DNA of 64,000 nucleotides. It comes from Octopus vulgaris. Its lineage: Eukaryota. A model generated the notes under the pieces. It was given only the letters and a program-made list of their open reading frames with translations. It did not search any database and was not told where the DNA came from. The DNA is taken from positions 72,292,001-72,356,000 of the forward strand of contig OX597818.1 in NCBI GenBank assembly GCA_951406725.2. The letters run 5' to 3'. Position 1 is the first letter of the stretch. Every line of letters starts with the position of its first letter. Below are positions 1 to 14,397 of the stretch, in pieces. The translations under genes and the position numbers were made by a program.

Positions 1-28
1 GTGGTTAACCCCGAATCAACCCGGGACC

Positions 29-78
<50 letters not shown>

Positions 79-80
<2 letters not shown>

Positions 81-462
81 AGTGGGTGTGTGGTAAGTAA
101 CTTGATTACCAGCCACATAGTTCCGGGTACAGTGCCACTGCTTGGCACCTTGGCCAAGTGTCTTCTACTATAGCCTCGGGCCGAATAAAGCCTTGTGAGT
201 AGATTTGGTAGACGGAAAACTGTAAGAAGCTCGTCGTATATACATATATGTGTGTTTGTGTGTCTGTGTTTGTCTAACCACCATCGCTTGACAACCGATG
301 TTGGTGTCTTTACGTCCCCGTAACTTGGCGGTTCGGCAAAAATACCCGATAGAATAAGTACAAGGGTTACAAAGAATAAGTCCTGGGATCAATTTCTTCG
401 ACTAAAGGCGGTGCTCCAGCATGGACGCAGTCAAAATGACTGAAGCAGATAAAAGAATAAAG
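79..462 (+). mobile_element. tRNA-derived SINE, family A
   Basis: Degenerate A/B-box head (TGGGTGTGTGG...GGTACAGTGCC), shared core (CTACTATAGCCTCGGGCCGA...GATTTGGTAGACGGAAA) and 3' tail (GCTCCAGCATGG...CAGTCAAAATGACTGAA). Same sequence recurs at 18213, 18641(-), 22051 and 56125. Inserted in (TA)n. Confidence 0.9.
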
Positions 463-464
463 GA

Positions 465-503
<39 letters not shown>

Positions 504-1617
504 ATATATATGTGTATATATGAATAAAATCAAAATAAGCAACAGGATATCAAGAGGTGATACAGTACGACCGTTTCAAGCGGCTCTATATTTAATTGTA
601 CGTTACATGAATTTAAATGCAGTGCTCTCCCCATCTGCATAAATAGAGTTTATAATCAGTTGGACACATAAATATAATTTTACTCAAATTCTCTAGTAGA
701 GCAAGAAGAGGGAAATACATTTTTAATATCCTTTGCCGCCACTACAACTTTGCTTTGTCTAAAGCAGGATACGACAGAGGAGATATTTTTCTTACTCCTG
801 AAAGTATAACACCTAATTATAGTGAAAATAATGAGATTTTAATTGATAGGTGGAATTTAAACTTTCTTAGTCGGGAAAACCTATCGACTTGAAAAGCATC
901 CAGCAAACCCATGAATTTAAATAAAAAATATGCAACAACAGGAAATTAGATGCTATAACAAGTAGGAATTTTAGTTTAGAAAATAAGGGTAGTGAAGGGA
1001 ATCGACAGGTTGCTCTACCCTATAAGGATAAGAAAAATACTGGTAATAGAGACATTCCTAATAATCAAGTCACGATTTTGAGAGGCGTTGAGAGATCAGG
1101 TAGATTCTGCCCTTACATGCGTCGTAAGTCTGAAATATAAGGTCTTGATTTGGTATAATGTTCACTTCAACTGCGCCATATTCATAAACATATATAGGAA
1201 ATTTATGACAATTTTAGAAAAAAATTCCCTGCTTCCCATAGGGATTACAGAATTTTTTCCACTAAGACAGTTAGAATCTCATATTCTACTCTCCCCAATA
1301 TGGGTACCATCATAGCAAGGTTAAATAGAAGGAATATTAAATTAGCAAGAGTTGGTAATAATAATAATAGTGTTACTGTCAACGCTAACTTAAACCCCCT
1401 ACAATATGAATAATAATATTAATGGTGTGACGTAGAAAATAGAAACAGTGGTACTAACGCTTCTAATATATACAATATAGACTGTAGCTCTGAGGTCTAT
1501 ACTAGCACAGAGACTACTGATACACCTGATGATGCTGAGATGAATGTGAATGATAATACAATTGAAGGATGGAGAGGTGATATCAGATATGAAAATAACA
1601 CATAGAATAGTAGTAGG

Positions 1618-1694
<77 letters not shown>

Positions 1695-1834
1695 ATTCAC
1701 TAGTACAACACAAAAAAACCCAAATATATGGCACACTAGGCATAACAACATGAACTTCCAACCTGTTGTCTCTTGAGGTATCTGGGTGAGACTTGGAGTC
1801 AACTTGTACAAATATAAAGCAAAAGTCTAACAAA

Positions 1835-1951
<117 letters not shown>

Positions 1952-2115
1952 TATTGATAATAATAATAATGGCATGAATATCAATAACATCAATCGTAGT
2001 AATTCTCCTAGTTGCAATTGTAGAGTTAAATCCCAAGGTTCGTTATTAGGCCGATGTCTAATCTAAAACGTAATCTATAAGTGTACAATCACAACTTATC
2101 TAGTAACTTTGTATA

Positions 2116-3744
2116 CAGTGGCGGCCAAAATGTTCAGAACAGCATTGTTTTCGTCAGAAAAGTAGATATAATTTTTTATCACAGTTGTTTTATATTCTAT
2201 AATTTTCACAGACAATAAATACGATATTATTCGTTATTGCCTGAGATTTTGGTGTAATTTGAGAGGATAATACAAAAGTTATGGATGATCTAGTGATTTA
2301 CTGCAAAACCCATGGCGGCCAAAATGATCAGAACGGTTGCTTTTACTCCGTGTTTTAGTATATTTAACCGGCGAACTCTAATGTTTTGAATTTGTTTACG
2401 TGACGGTTCGTTTACTAAACATTAGTAAGAATATTTGCAGTGTACTTTGTTAATATAATGCCACTTACTCCGTTACCAATTCGTCAGCAGATTATTAAGC
2501 TTCGAAGGAAGGATAATCTAAGTATTGGATCTATTGCAAAGATTGTTAACAAGTCAAATGTGTTGTACACGGTATTCTTAAGGTCTACGATGATTGTGGT
2601 TCGTGTGAAGCAAGAAAGGTTACAGGTAGGCCAAGAAAAACGACCAAGAGAGTAGATCGTGCTATGGTAAAGTTGATTAAAAAGGACAGATTTAAAACTG
2701 CTGCTGCTGTTTCTCGGAAAATGAGCATTGTATTGAAGAAAACTTTATCTCGAAAAACTGTGTCTCGTCGTTTAGTTGAACATGACCTACAAGCAAGAGC
2801 ACCTGCAGTGAAGCCACTGATCAGCTCCAAGAATAAAAAAGTGTCGTCTTACCTTTGCAACCGAACATGTGTTGTGGTCTCAAGAAAAATGGCAAACGGT
2901 ACATTTCAGTGATGAATCTAAGTTTATGTTATTTGGCTCTGATGGGAAAAGGTACGTTCGTAGAAAAGTAGGTGAAAAATTGTCGCCTAAATGCCTTAAG
3001 ACTAGTGTTAAATTCGGTGGAGGAAGTGTCATGGTTTGGGGGATGATATCTGGAGATGGTGTGGGCCCTTTGGTGCGATTACATGGAAAGGTAAATGCAG
3101 GAGTTTATAAACAACTTGTAAAAGATCATGTCTTGCCTGTGCTGAGAAATTCAACTAAGCGACCACCCATATTCATGCAGGACAATGCTCCATGTCACAA
3201 GGCTAAGGTGGTCATGAACTTCCTCAAGGCTGAAAAGGTTATTGTTATGGATTGGCTTGCTCAAAGCCCAGATCTCAATCCTATTGAAAATGTATGGAAT
3301 ATTCTAGGAGAGCGTTCGAAAGCCAGAAATCCTAAAACAACTGAGCAATTATGAAATGCCTTTCAGGGAGAATGGAATAAGATCACTCAGCAAGAAATTG
3401 AAAATTTAATTTCCTCGTGCAGTCAAAGATGTCAGAGTGTGATTGAAGCTAAAGGGCTTCACACTAAATATTAAATAATTCCAGTATTCTCTGTCATTTT
3501 TGATTATTTTGTTATTTTTTCAATCATTCTGATCATTTTGGCCGCCATGGGTTTTGCAGTAAATCCCTAAATCATCCATAACTTTTGTATTATCCTCTAA
3601 AAAGACACCAAAATCTCAGACAATAACAATTAACATTGTATTTATTGTTTGTGAAAATTATAGAATATAAAACTACTTTGATAAAAACTTATACTTACTT
3701 TTCTGACGAAAACAATGCCGTTCTGAACATTTTGGCCGCAACTG
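2116..3744 (+). mobile_element. Full-length Tc1-family DNA transposon with long IR/DR-type terminal inverted repeats
   Basis: TA TSD at 2114-2115 and 3745-3746. ~218-bp TIRs (2116-~2334 and ~3527-3744) begin CAGTGGCGGCCAAAATGTTCAGAAC; each carries two copies of TGGCGGCCAAAATG(T/A)TCAGAA. Confidence 0.95.
2458..3474 (+). pseudogene. Tc1 transposase (DD34E) with two frameshifts and one nonsense codon
   Basis: Paired-like HTH and GRPRKTT, then VHFSDESKF, VMVWG, FMQDNAPCH, SPDLNPIENVW (34 residues between the second D and E). TGA at 3352-3354 replaces Trp; the frame continues to ...AKGLHTKY* at 3474. Confidence 0.93.
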
Positions 3745-4159
3745 TATATAGGATGTTCAATAAATATGAAAAAAACGTATTAATAGCCATTTTTCATATT
3801 TTAGGCTCAAACATAAAGCTAATTGTGCATCCCTATCTAGGAAGATTTAGGAACTAATGGAACGCAGAATCGAATTTAGCCTTAAATGGGATATTATAAG
3901 GAAAGCGCAGCCTTAGAGAGATAGTCGATACGGGTGCGAGCTGTACTCTATGGAAACTTATGAAATTTTTAAATATAGGGACAAGAATAACCTGATTAAT
4001 AATAGATTCGACCTAAGGATTCATGCGTACATAGGGTCACCCGAACATTTAAATATTTTCGAAATTAGCGCTTAAATGTGCTACACTTGAACTTGGATAT
4101 GGGAAATTAATTTTTAGTGCCATATCTGATGTGAACTTACCCCCTAGTATTATATATAA

Positions 4160-5784
4160 CTAGCAGTATCGCCCGGCGTTGCTCGGGTTTGTAAGGGAAA
4201 TAACTATATAAGCACTTTTAGAGAGTTATAGCAAAAAAATAGCAAAAAAATGCATTAAATATGGAATAAAAAAGTGATGGTAATTTTTTTTTAAATCGTT
4301 GACTCATCGTAGACATTTTTAGAGAGTTACTTCCCTTATACAATAGCGAAAAATGCATTAAAATGGAAAAAATGATGGTAAATTTTCTTAAAAATTGTAG
4401 ACTCATCGTAGGCGCGCGCTAATACCCAGAAGGGCTCGGTATCAATCACGACTATAAGATACCCGGTTTTGGTTAAACTGCACCGCAAAATGTGGGAGTA
4501 GTTAGGAATCTAAATCGTAGGAGACAGACACACAACTTCACTTTTATATATAAAGATTTGTGCAACAACTAAAACATTCGGTTGTGCAAATTGTTTGCAC
4601 AGGAAACCTGCCCCGTGTGGCGGTTTTTGCCGTTTTTGTGGATCTGTTTCAGCTTTTTTAGTGATTTCTGTTTTGGCGACATCAAGCCATGAAGTCGTTG
4701 TTCTAAAAGAACGCTGGTCTCCTTGACAACGCTTTACGACGTTGATTTCCCTACCCTTCCTCCCCCACAGTTTCACGAGGGAGGGTAGAAGGGGAGGAGC
4801 TACACAGGTGCAGGTGCGAGCATGAACGCCAACGCTGCCACCGACACACGAAAAAATTGGAAGAACCCAGACGACAGCTTCAGCAACCACCACAACCACG
4901 ACCAACACCATCACCACTACCACCATGACCACCACCACCACCATCACGAAGACCACGATGACGACGACCACCACCACCATCATCACCACGACCACGACCA
5001 CCACCATCATCACCACTCCCACCACCACGACCACCGCCACCACCACCAACAACAACAACACCACCACCACCACAAACACGACGACCACCACGACCACCAT
5101 CACCACTACCAGCACCACCGCTGCCACTACCACCGCCTCCACCACCATCATACTATGCCTCTGCTCTCTCCTTTTGGCTACTAAATCCATTACCATATTT
5201 CACAAGTACCATCGCCATACAATATTGCCTTGAAAAGTTTGTGTTTGGATAATATTTTTTAAGTAAAAGTTGTGCAACAACTATAACATTCGGTTGTGCA
5301 AATTATTTGCACGGGAAACCTTCCCTGTGTGGCGTGTTTCCCGATTTTGTAGAATTTGCTTTCGGGCTTTCTTAGCCATTTCTGTTTTGGTGTCTTCAAG
5401 CCATGAAGTCGTTGTTCTAAAAGAACGCTGGTCTCCTTGACAACGCTTTACGATGTTGATTTCATTATACTCCCTTCCCCACAGCTTCACGAGGGAGGGA
5501 AGAAGGGGGAGAAGCAACACAGGTGCAGGTGTGAGCATGGACGCCAACTCCGCCGCCATCGACACACGAAAAAATATGCGTTAAAATGGAAAAAAATTAT
5601 GGTAAATTATTTTTAAAATCGTAGACTCATCGTAGACGCGCGCTAATACCCAGACGGGCTCGATATGAATCACGACTATAAGATACCCGAATTTGGTTAA
5701 ACTGCACCGCAAAATGTGGGAGTAGTTGGGAATCTAAATCGTAGGAGACAAACACTCACACAACTTCACTTTTATATATAAAGA
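4160..5784 (-). mobile_element. Non-autonomous Helitron (composite)
   Basis: On the minus strand it starts A|TCTTTATATATAAAAG at 5784 and ends with hairpin CCCGAGCAACGCCGGG (4172-4187) plus CTAG|T at 4160. A second 5' end lies at 4556. Duplicated internal units at 4557-4860 and 5266-5575; (CAC)n-rich block at 4880-5150. Confidence 0.85.
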
Positions 5785-6779
5785 TAAGTTATATACATTT
5801 TCTTAGTATTCTCTATAATTTCTTATTATTTTGTTTTCTTATTTTGATACCTTTACCTATTAACCTCTTATCTCTTATAAGTTATTAATGTTCTTAAAGA
5901 GAGATATAAACTTTCTAATTACTTAAATCTATGAGAGTTGATTATAACATATCCATAATAAAGTACAAATATTTGCGTATGCTTGCATGTATGCACATAA
6001 TTAAATATATGTATGTATCTGTGCACAACATATTTTTCCGATTTTTTTCTGATTCTTAGCTTATAAAATATATAAAGATAGCATGATTTATCGCCCCAAT
6101 TTCCACAAGTAGATACCCAGAGCAATCTTTATAGAAACCACGTAAGGAAATAATTAAGTACAGGAATGAATATTAAACTAATTCAATGTAATCTTCCCTT
6201 TCTAATGTTGAAAATTGGTATATATATACAGTTTATCTATTCTGTTTATAATATCATTTTTAGTAATCTTAAATTTTATTTTTATATATATAACAATATT
6301 GTTTATATACTACCATCCATTGTACCCCATGATAATTTCCTCTGTTTTAACATCATATGTTTTATTAGCGTCTTGCCCCTTTAACTGATAATTAGCATCT
6401 TCATTTGGGGTCTTCCCCTACCCAGCCTCTTTTATAGACAATTACTTATACAAATGCTAAAATCCTGATAATATTTATGGCCATCCCCAACTATAAACCG
6501 TCAACTCACTCCTGCCCACCATTCTAAACACAAACTGTCCTTTAGCCTTAGATTTATTAGTTGATAAAAGTAGACTAATAAATTAAAAATGAACCACAAT
6601 CCTTTACAAGCTATGACCCTGACAAGTTTATTAGGGTCATAGGTGCAGTCAACGTATCTCGCCTCTAAATCCACTTTCTTCTGGAGAAAGGGGGCAAGGA
6701 TTCTGGGGATCTCGGAATTTCCCGGAGTTCCCCACCAACGGAGTTTTGTTATGTGAGTTCTTTTTTTCTTTTCCAGGTT

Positions 6780-6990
6780 ATTTCGCATGCCTTCTTTTGT
6801 TCCATTTGTATTTACATGAGCATCCGATTCATATTGTTTCTTGCTTTTGTCTCTTTCCCTTTGTTTCGCCAGACGTTCAGCTCTCCTAGTGTTCGATTCC
6901 TGATCTCTCCTGCTTCTGTCTCTTTCTCTCTTCTCCACTAGACACTCAGCCTTTGCTTTATCAGTCACACTGACCCTTCTATTTGCATGT
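6780..6990 (-). pseudogene. Fragment with charged E-x-x-x-R-R-A-E-R-L-x-x-Q-R-E-R repeats (STPR-like, as in Helitron RepHel N-termini)
   Basis: ORF 6501..6968 begins with ~23-aa R/E-rich repeats (KAECLVEKRERDRSRRDQESNTRRAERLAKQRERDKSKKQYES). No flanking domains are visible. Confidence 0.35.
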
Positions 6991-7106
6991 TCTCTCTGCT
7001 AATGGTCAATAGGTGGGATACAAACTAGGCAGAAACACGCTGCATGTTGAATCCAGAGGTTGGGATTACATACAAAGACATATAACAGACCAACAAATCA
7101 GATACA

Positions 7107-7563
7107 TATCGTTAATTGTCCTCCAATGATCCTCATACACAAACTTTGAAATTTTTCCACACTTCCGAGGTTGACGCTTGTGGCAGGTCTTCCAGATTGC
7201 TCATCGTCTTCCAAGGACGTTCTTCCACTTTTGATGCGCCCGAGCCACTCGAAACATTGCATCCGACCCATTGCCTCATCGCCGTAAACTTACCGAAGCA
7301 TGGTCAATGTCTCTGTAGCAGACTTCCCAAGTTTAACGCAAAATTTCACGTTGGCTCATTGTTCTAATTTTCAGTCCACGACAAAATCGCAGATACGTCA
7401 TCATAAAAATTCAAATTTCACAAATTGCGAAGTAAAGACAGCGATGTCACTCGGCACGCTGCTTCATGAAGATCACTGCAAGGTCACATTGCGCACGCAA
7501 CCGTGTGCTGCCATCTGTTGTTTCGCTACAGAACTCTTCCGGTAACATTTTGATACCACCTCG
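7107..7563 (-). mobile_element. mariner 5' fragment (left TIR and N-terminal HTH of the transposase)
   Basis: Minus strand begins TA|CGAGGTGGTATCAAAATGTTACCGGA. Translation LEQ*ANVKFCVKLGKSATETLTMLR*VYGDEAMGRMQCFEW..KSGRTSLEDDEQSGRP is a mariner-type N-terminus. Confidence 0.85.
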
Positions 7564-7694
7564 TATGTATGTATGTATGTATGTATGTATGTATGTATGT
7601 ATGTATGTATGTATGTATGTATGTATGTATGTACGTACGTATGTATGTATGAATGTATGTATGTATGTATATATATATTGGCGCAATATATATA

Positions 7695-8360
<666 letters not shown>

Positions 8361-9128
8361 TATATATACAATCCCACCCATATTCATTTAAACAGCGTGT
8401 GGATGTATGAGGATAGTTCAAATTGCAATATTATTGAAAGATAAATGGCAATTTCTATCTGCTTGTGTGGTTGGTTGTTACATAGAGTACATCGTTACAA
8501 ACCATTAACACATCTATCATTATAAATTAAGTTGTTCCTACTTGCAAACAGGTTGTGACCTTTGTGTTGACGCGCATTTGTCTAAAAGCAGAACAGTTCT
8601 TCATGTAATACCTGTCAATTGGCTGAAGTGACAAGAAAGGCATCGTCATTCATAGTATTTTCGGGAATAAGTCACAAACTGAAATGAGTGAATCTATTGT
8701 TTAGGAAAATACTATTTACTTACTTAAGGGTTGTACTGGGTAAATTACGAAAATAACTTTAACAGTTCAAATACTAAGAAATAAATATACTCAACTGAAT
8801 TTATACCAAATAAAATCACTAACCTTGTCTGACAATTTCTTGTAAAAAAGTTCACGTAGTGTAGAATGCTTGTTTAATAAATCGAGAAGTATTTATTATG
8901 CATTTTTTTATTTATAGGAAGGTTACTACCCTTGGCGGGTAAAGGTTATATACGTGGATCCCTTTTAGGGGCCCTAGTCATCCAGTTATAGATTTTTATG
9001 CAACTTCAATGAGCCTAGTAACAGACTAAATGCTACTTTAACATGTCTGCAAAGTTTCACCAAACTTCATTAACGGATGTAGTCGGCGACTTAATATAGA
9101 CAAGTTGCTGTTATATATGTAAAAGATA

Positions 9129-9172
<44 letters not shown>

Positions 9173-9409
9173 AGTGTACTGGTAAAATCAACAGAAAAGT
9201 ACTCCATCTGGTGAGAGATAAATATTATTTAATAGTCACAATATGTTTTATACACACACACATCTATATGTAGAGATATAGTATGTTTATTGAAAAAGTT
9301 TCTCATTTCTTTTTCTGAAGAGATAAGATGAAAATGAAATCTCTTTATTGTCTGGTACCGGTTCTTTAGCAGTTGTATTACATATTGAAATGATGGCGCC
9401 GACATCAAC

Positions 9410-9971
9410 GACGATGACAAATATGATGATGGTGATGATGATGATGATGATGATGATAATGATAATGGAGGTGATGGTGAAAATGCTGCTGGTGATGGCA
9501 GCGATGTGGATGATAAGAACGACGACGTCGAAGGAAACGGTTGTGGTGATCATAATTGATTACGATGACAGCAACTTTGATGATGTTGATGAGAATAATT
9601 ATGATGATGACGATAATGATGACGATGATGTTGGCGTTGGTGGTTGTTGTTGTGGTGGAAGTAGTAGCAGTGACGCTGATGAATGGAAATAATGATAATT
9701 ATGAGGACAGTATTAATGATGACGATGACGATGACGATGACAAAATGATGATTATGATCATAATATAATATTGATGATGATGACGACGACGATATTGATG
9801 ATGATGGTGTTAGGATCCATCTACTGCAGATGGTGGTGGTGGTGGAAGTGCTGCTGCTGCTGATCAACGTCATAGTTAGTTGCACCATCAATGTTATATT
9901 TTGTCATAAATCATAATCATTTTAAACTGCCGGCACCGACGTCTCCAATAGTAGTAGTAGAAGTAGTAGTG

Positions 9972-10016
<45 letters not shown>

Positions 10017-10165
10017 ATAGTTGTTGTTGTTATAGTTGTAGAAGTGTTATTTGAGGTTGACATTGACTTTTATCATTTTGGGGTCGATAAAATAAGCACC
10101 AGTTGATACTCCCCACAAATTTCTGCCCCTGTGGCAAAATTTGAAACCATTGTTACTATTACTAC

Positions 10166-10239
<74 letters not shown>

Positions 10240-10240
10240 A
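9410..10240. repeat. Compound trinucleotide microsatellite block (GAT/GTA/ATT)
   Basis: Directly visible degenerate (GAT)n, (GTA)n and (ATT)n runs. Confidence 0.9.
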
Positions 10241-11491
10241 TATCACAGTAGTGCACAAAGTCAGAAATCTACGTCGCAATGGTTAATCGGTTAATGTACT
10301 TGTCTTAGATTTATCGCGCGCAGAAGACTTAAAGGTACGCACTCACACACAAACGTAGGAAAACAGAATACAAAAAAAAAATAAACAAACTACCCTGGCA
10401 GAACATATTTAGTCGGGCACAAATCAACGGCCATTTTATCGAGCGTTCTTGGAGTCCGCCTGTTTACGTGTTTTTAGATTTTTAGCTAGCCATAATTTAT
10501 AGCATGAGTAATACTGCACAAATTCTTTGTGATGATGAGCTAATTTATGAAATTTACAGTCTCAGCACTTAACAGGTAATTATCTTATTGTCGCTTCCTA
10601 CAAATCGAGAAATATAATGTTAATCTTATTTGGTTTCGACCTCAGGACATAAACGTCCATAAATGAATTACTGCGAGTAATTTTGTCATACACTTTACTC
10701 TGATTCTGCCAGCTTACATCATTTGACTTTTTTTAGAAAATCTTCGTATTTCCGGTAAGAGACACCAACAAAACTCTCCTCAGCAAGATTTGAAAATAAA
10801 TCTTAAAAAGCGTAACTGAATATCAAATCAGTACTTCTACAGAGTTTTCCATGCTCGAAACAACAACAACAACAGCAACAGCAGCAGCAGCAATACTAAC
10901 GGAGAAAGACAAGTCGTAAAATTGGTTAGAAACGCAGGTCTGAAGGCTGACAATGAAATGTATTGATAGCGGCACAGGATCAAAGCCTCCTAATCGGGAA
11001 CCACAATAAGCATATAATAAAGCAGCACACAGTAAACGCTGAATATGTGCAGATGACGGAAGAAACATTTGATTCCATTATCTTTGATTGTTCTCTTTGC
11101 TAAGGAAATATGTATTCAAAGGTATGGCACAGTTGGGACTAATAGAAACTGGAAATTACGTCAGAATTAAGAATTATAAGAAGTAAGATGGTATAAGTAT
11201 ACACGAAAAAGGTTTCCAGGAATTACAAAGCAAACATACTTGGGCATATGTCACAATACACACAGACAGTGAAATCAAGGTTAACTGGCCGGATACAAAT
11301 ATGTGTATGTATACATATATATATATTATATTAAATTAGAGATAAAACCACTATTAGGCAAATCAAACAGTGAAAAACATAAGCCAATACATAAAATTAA
11401 TTTAAAAATATAAAGTTAAAATTTTAAAAATTATTTAAATAATTTAAACTTATAAATTTGAAATATATATATACAAATATATGTATATATA

Positions 11492-12918
11492 CTATAAACA
11501 AAAACACCATACTGGTATCCTTCGATGTAGTCAACCACTACTCCAATATCCCCCACAACCTAGGACTAGAGGCAATCCAATTCTGGCTAGAGAATCACGC
11601 CAACGAACTACCACACCGCATCAAAAAAGAATTTGTGATAGAAGGGGTTAAATTCATCCTGGAAAATAACTTCTTCGCCTTCAATGACAACTTCTACCGA
11701 CAAAAATCGGGGACTGCGATGGGTACACGAATGGCCCCCTCCTTTGCCAACCTAGTCATAGGATACCTAGAGATCAGTCTGTATCGTAAGGTTCTAGAAA
11801 GATATGGCAGCCCTTTCTCCATCTACATAGAAAACAACTGGAAGAGATATCTAGATGACTGTTTCATCCTTTGGCATAAAAATATAGAAAAACTCATAGA
11901 ATTCCAGAAAATTTTAAACGGACTGGACGTAAACATCCAATTCACGATGGAATATAGCCAACAACAACTCCCCTTCCTCGATATCCTCATTAAGAAAGCT
12001 AATAATATAATAGAAACAGACATATACTATAAGCCTACAGACTCTAAGCAATATCTTCCATTCAATTCATGCCACCCCAGACACACCAGGATGAATATCC
12101 CCTTCAATCTAGCAAAAAGGATATGCACTATAGTCTCTAACGCAAACACCAGAGACACACGACTACAAGAACTAAAAGATACCCTTATCACCAGGAACTA
12201 TCCACCTTCACTTATTGACAAGTGCATTCAACGTGCCCTTCAACTTAACATCAAGGAACTGAGACATCCCAAATCAAAGAAAAACTTACAACCAAAAGCC
12301 TTACCATACATCTCCACACACAACCCTCTCAATAACGAAGCCTTCGACACCATCCTCCACAACATACCCCTCCTAAAAAAAGACCACAGAATGAACACAA
12401 TCCTCCAAACACACACGATCATAAAAAGCAAAAGACAGCCTAGATCCATGAAAAGTCTCCTTACACAAGCCCGAATTCACTCTTCAACACAGAAGCCGAC
12501 AGTAAAAAAATGTGGAAGACCCAATTGCGGGATATGCGACTATCTAATTGAGGGATCAGAGTTCTCCTTCAAACAGGGACAACGGTTTACAGTGAAAAGT
12601 AACTTCACATGTGCTTCGGAGAACCTAATATACTCACTAACCTGCTCCGGGTGTCAAGAGCAGTACATAGGCCAAACAAAAAATGGTTTGCGTAAACGAA
12701 TGGCCCTGCACAGATCCCAGATAAAAATTCCCCAAAACAGAAAAATAGCTTTTAGCCAACACATAGATACTTGCGCCAACAAAAAAACACCAAACTTCAG
12801 AATTTTCCCCCTCTACCGATTTAGGGACGATACAACCTCGAGACAACGAATAAGTAAAGAAAATCTCTTTATTACAAAATACAAGCCACTTCTTAACGGG
12901 TCTACAACAAACAATTAA
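11492..12918 (+). CDS. PLE reverse transcriptase (from motif A) + GIY-YIG endonuclease, 5'-truncated but uninterrupted
   Basis: SFDVVNHYSNIP, QKSGTAMGTRMAPSFANL, WKRYLDDCF, LPFLD, YYKPT..SCHPRH, CGRPNCGIC linker, NLIYSLTCSGCQEQYIGQT, LRKRMALH. The listed ORF start at 11458 lies in flanking AT-rich DNA. Confidence 0.93.
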
Positions 12919-13720
12919 TATACCTCAACTTTAGAATAAAAGAAATATATACACACACAAATATTACACTCCATAGAATCCATTACTAATCAGCCCCATC
13001 ATAGCTATACTTACACCCTTTCATATTCTCCCTTCTCTGTTTTTTTCTTCTTCTTCTTCTTCCTCTTCTTCTTCATCATCATCATTATCATCATCATCGT
13101 CGTCATCATCATCACCACCATCATCACCACCATCTTCTCCTTCTCCTTCTTCTTCTTCTTCTTCATCATCATCATCATCATCATCATCGTCGTCATAATC
13201 ATCACCACCATAACCATCATCGTCATCTTCTCCTTCTCCTTCTTCTTCTTCTTCTTCTTCTTCTTCTTCTTCTTCTTCTTCATCATCATCATCATCAACA
13301 TCGTCTTCTTCTTCTTCTTCTTCTTCTTCTTCTTCTTCTTCTTCTTCTTCTTCTTCTTCTACTTCTCCACCCCCTACCCCTTAACTTTGTCACTAATGTT
13401 TTTTAGTATAACACCTACGCTAATTCTATAAACAAGCCTGTCAATATAAATATTCTCCTGAATTGAACTGAGACTGCCAGCCGCCACTGACCATTCAAAA
13501 TACGACCATCAGGGCACTCCCAGATTCTCCCACCCCCTTTCCTCACCAGCCTTCTTCCTCTACTACCCTACCAAGAACTCACAACGACCTCCAACACACA
13601 AGTGCAAACAAGGGAGTCAGAGAAAGGCAGAATGCCACTTAAATCTGAACACTACTATAGAAATATTCTTTTAAAAAAACTTTTCTTCTAATTTTTCTAA
13701 ATTTAATTATTTAATCGTTA

Positions 13721-13758
13721 CAGTTGAAAAGGTCTCAAAATGACCGAAACCGGTACTG
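13721..13758 (+). ncRNA. Minimal type-I hammerhead ribozyme (U3-A8 core variant)
   Basis: CAG | TTGAAAA | GGTC-tcaaaat-GACC | GAAA | CCGG | TA | CTG: helix I CAG/CTG, 4-bp helix II, palindromic helix III. Confidence 0.8.
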
Positions 13759-13807
13759 AAATGTTCACTATAAAATTATTTTAGCATTTTCTATTTTTGA
13801 CTTGTTT

Positions 13808-13849
<42 letters not shown>

Positions 13850-13965
13850 ATTTTTACATTTATATATTATTTTGTTTATTAATTAATTAATTAATTAATT
13901 AATTTTTTTATTATATAAATATCAAAAGTATTAAAAGTTTAATAAAAGATATATATATATATATA

Positions 13966-14116
<151 letters not shown>

Positions 14117-14250
14117 GGAAAATAGTAGAGTGAAAAAACGACAGAAGGCTTGAATGTTAAAAAATATATATATTTGCGTCAATATGTCTGAAGAATATTA
14201 GAAAATTAAAAAAAAAAATTTTTTTCCCTCTTATAATGACATAAATTAAA

Positions 14251-14287
14251 AGAAATACCGGTTTCGCGTGTAGCTTTTCAAATTTCT
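14251..14287 (-). ncRNA. Minimal type-I hammerhead ribozyme (U3-A8 core variant)
   Basis: Minus strand: AGAAA t | TTGAAAA | GC-tacac-GC | GAAA | CCGG | TA | TTTCT. Confidence 0.75.
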
Positions 14288-14397
14288 TGTGACGTTATGT
14301 TTATATTGCATGGAGTTATCGTTGTGTTTATTTTCAGGAGATTTCTAAATAAGGGGAGGTAGTGAGTGATTTCTTCCGGTGTAAGGGAGATAATCGC

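Larger units (their letters stand above)
11492..13811 (+). mobile_element. 5'-truncated Penelope-like element 1 (Neptune-type)
   Basis: RT and GIY-YIG ORF, then a 3' UTR/pLTR containing a (TTC/ATC)n block and an HHR, ending at (TA)n. Confidence 0.92.

Noticed and set aside
4822-5233. His-rich / Thr-rich ORFs as captured host genes
   Set aside because: Degenerate (CAC)n inside a Helitron, open in several frames on both strands.
8920-9127. Possible Helitron-like 5' end (similar pattern at 51190-51363)
   Set aside because: Only a TC..TATATA-type terminus is visible, with no matching 3' hairpin-CTAG; too weak to call.
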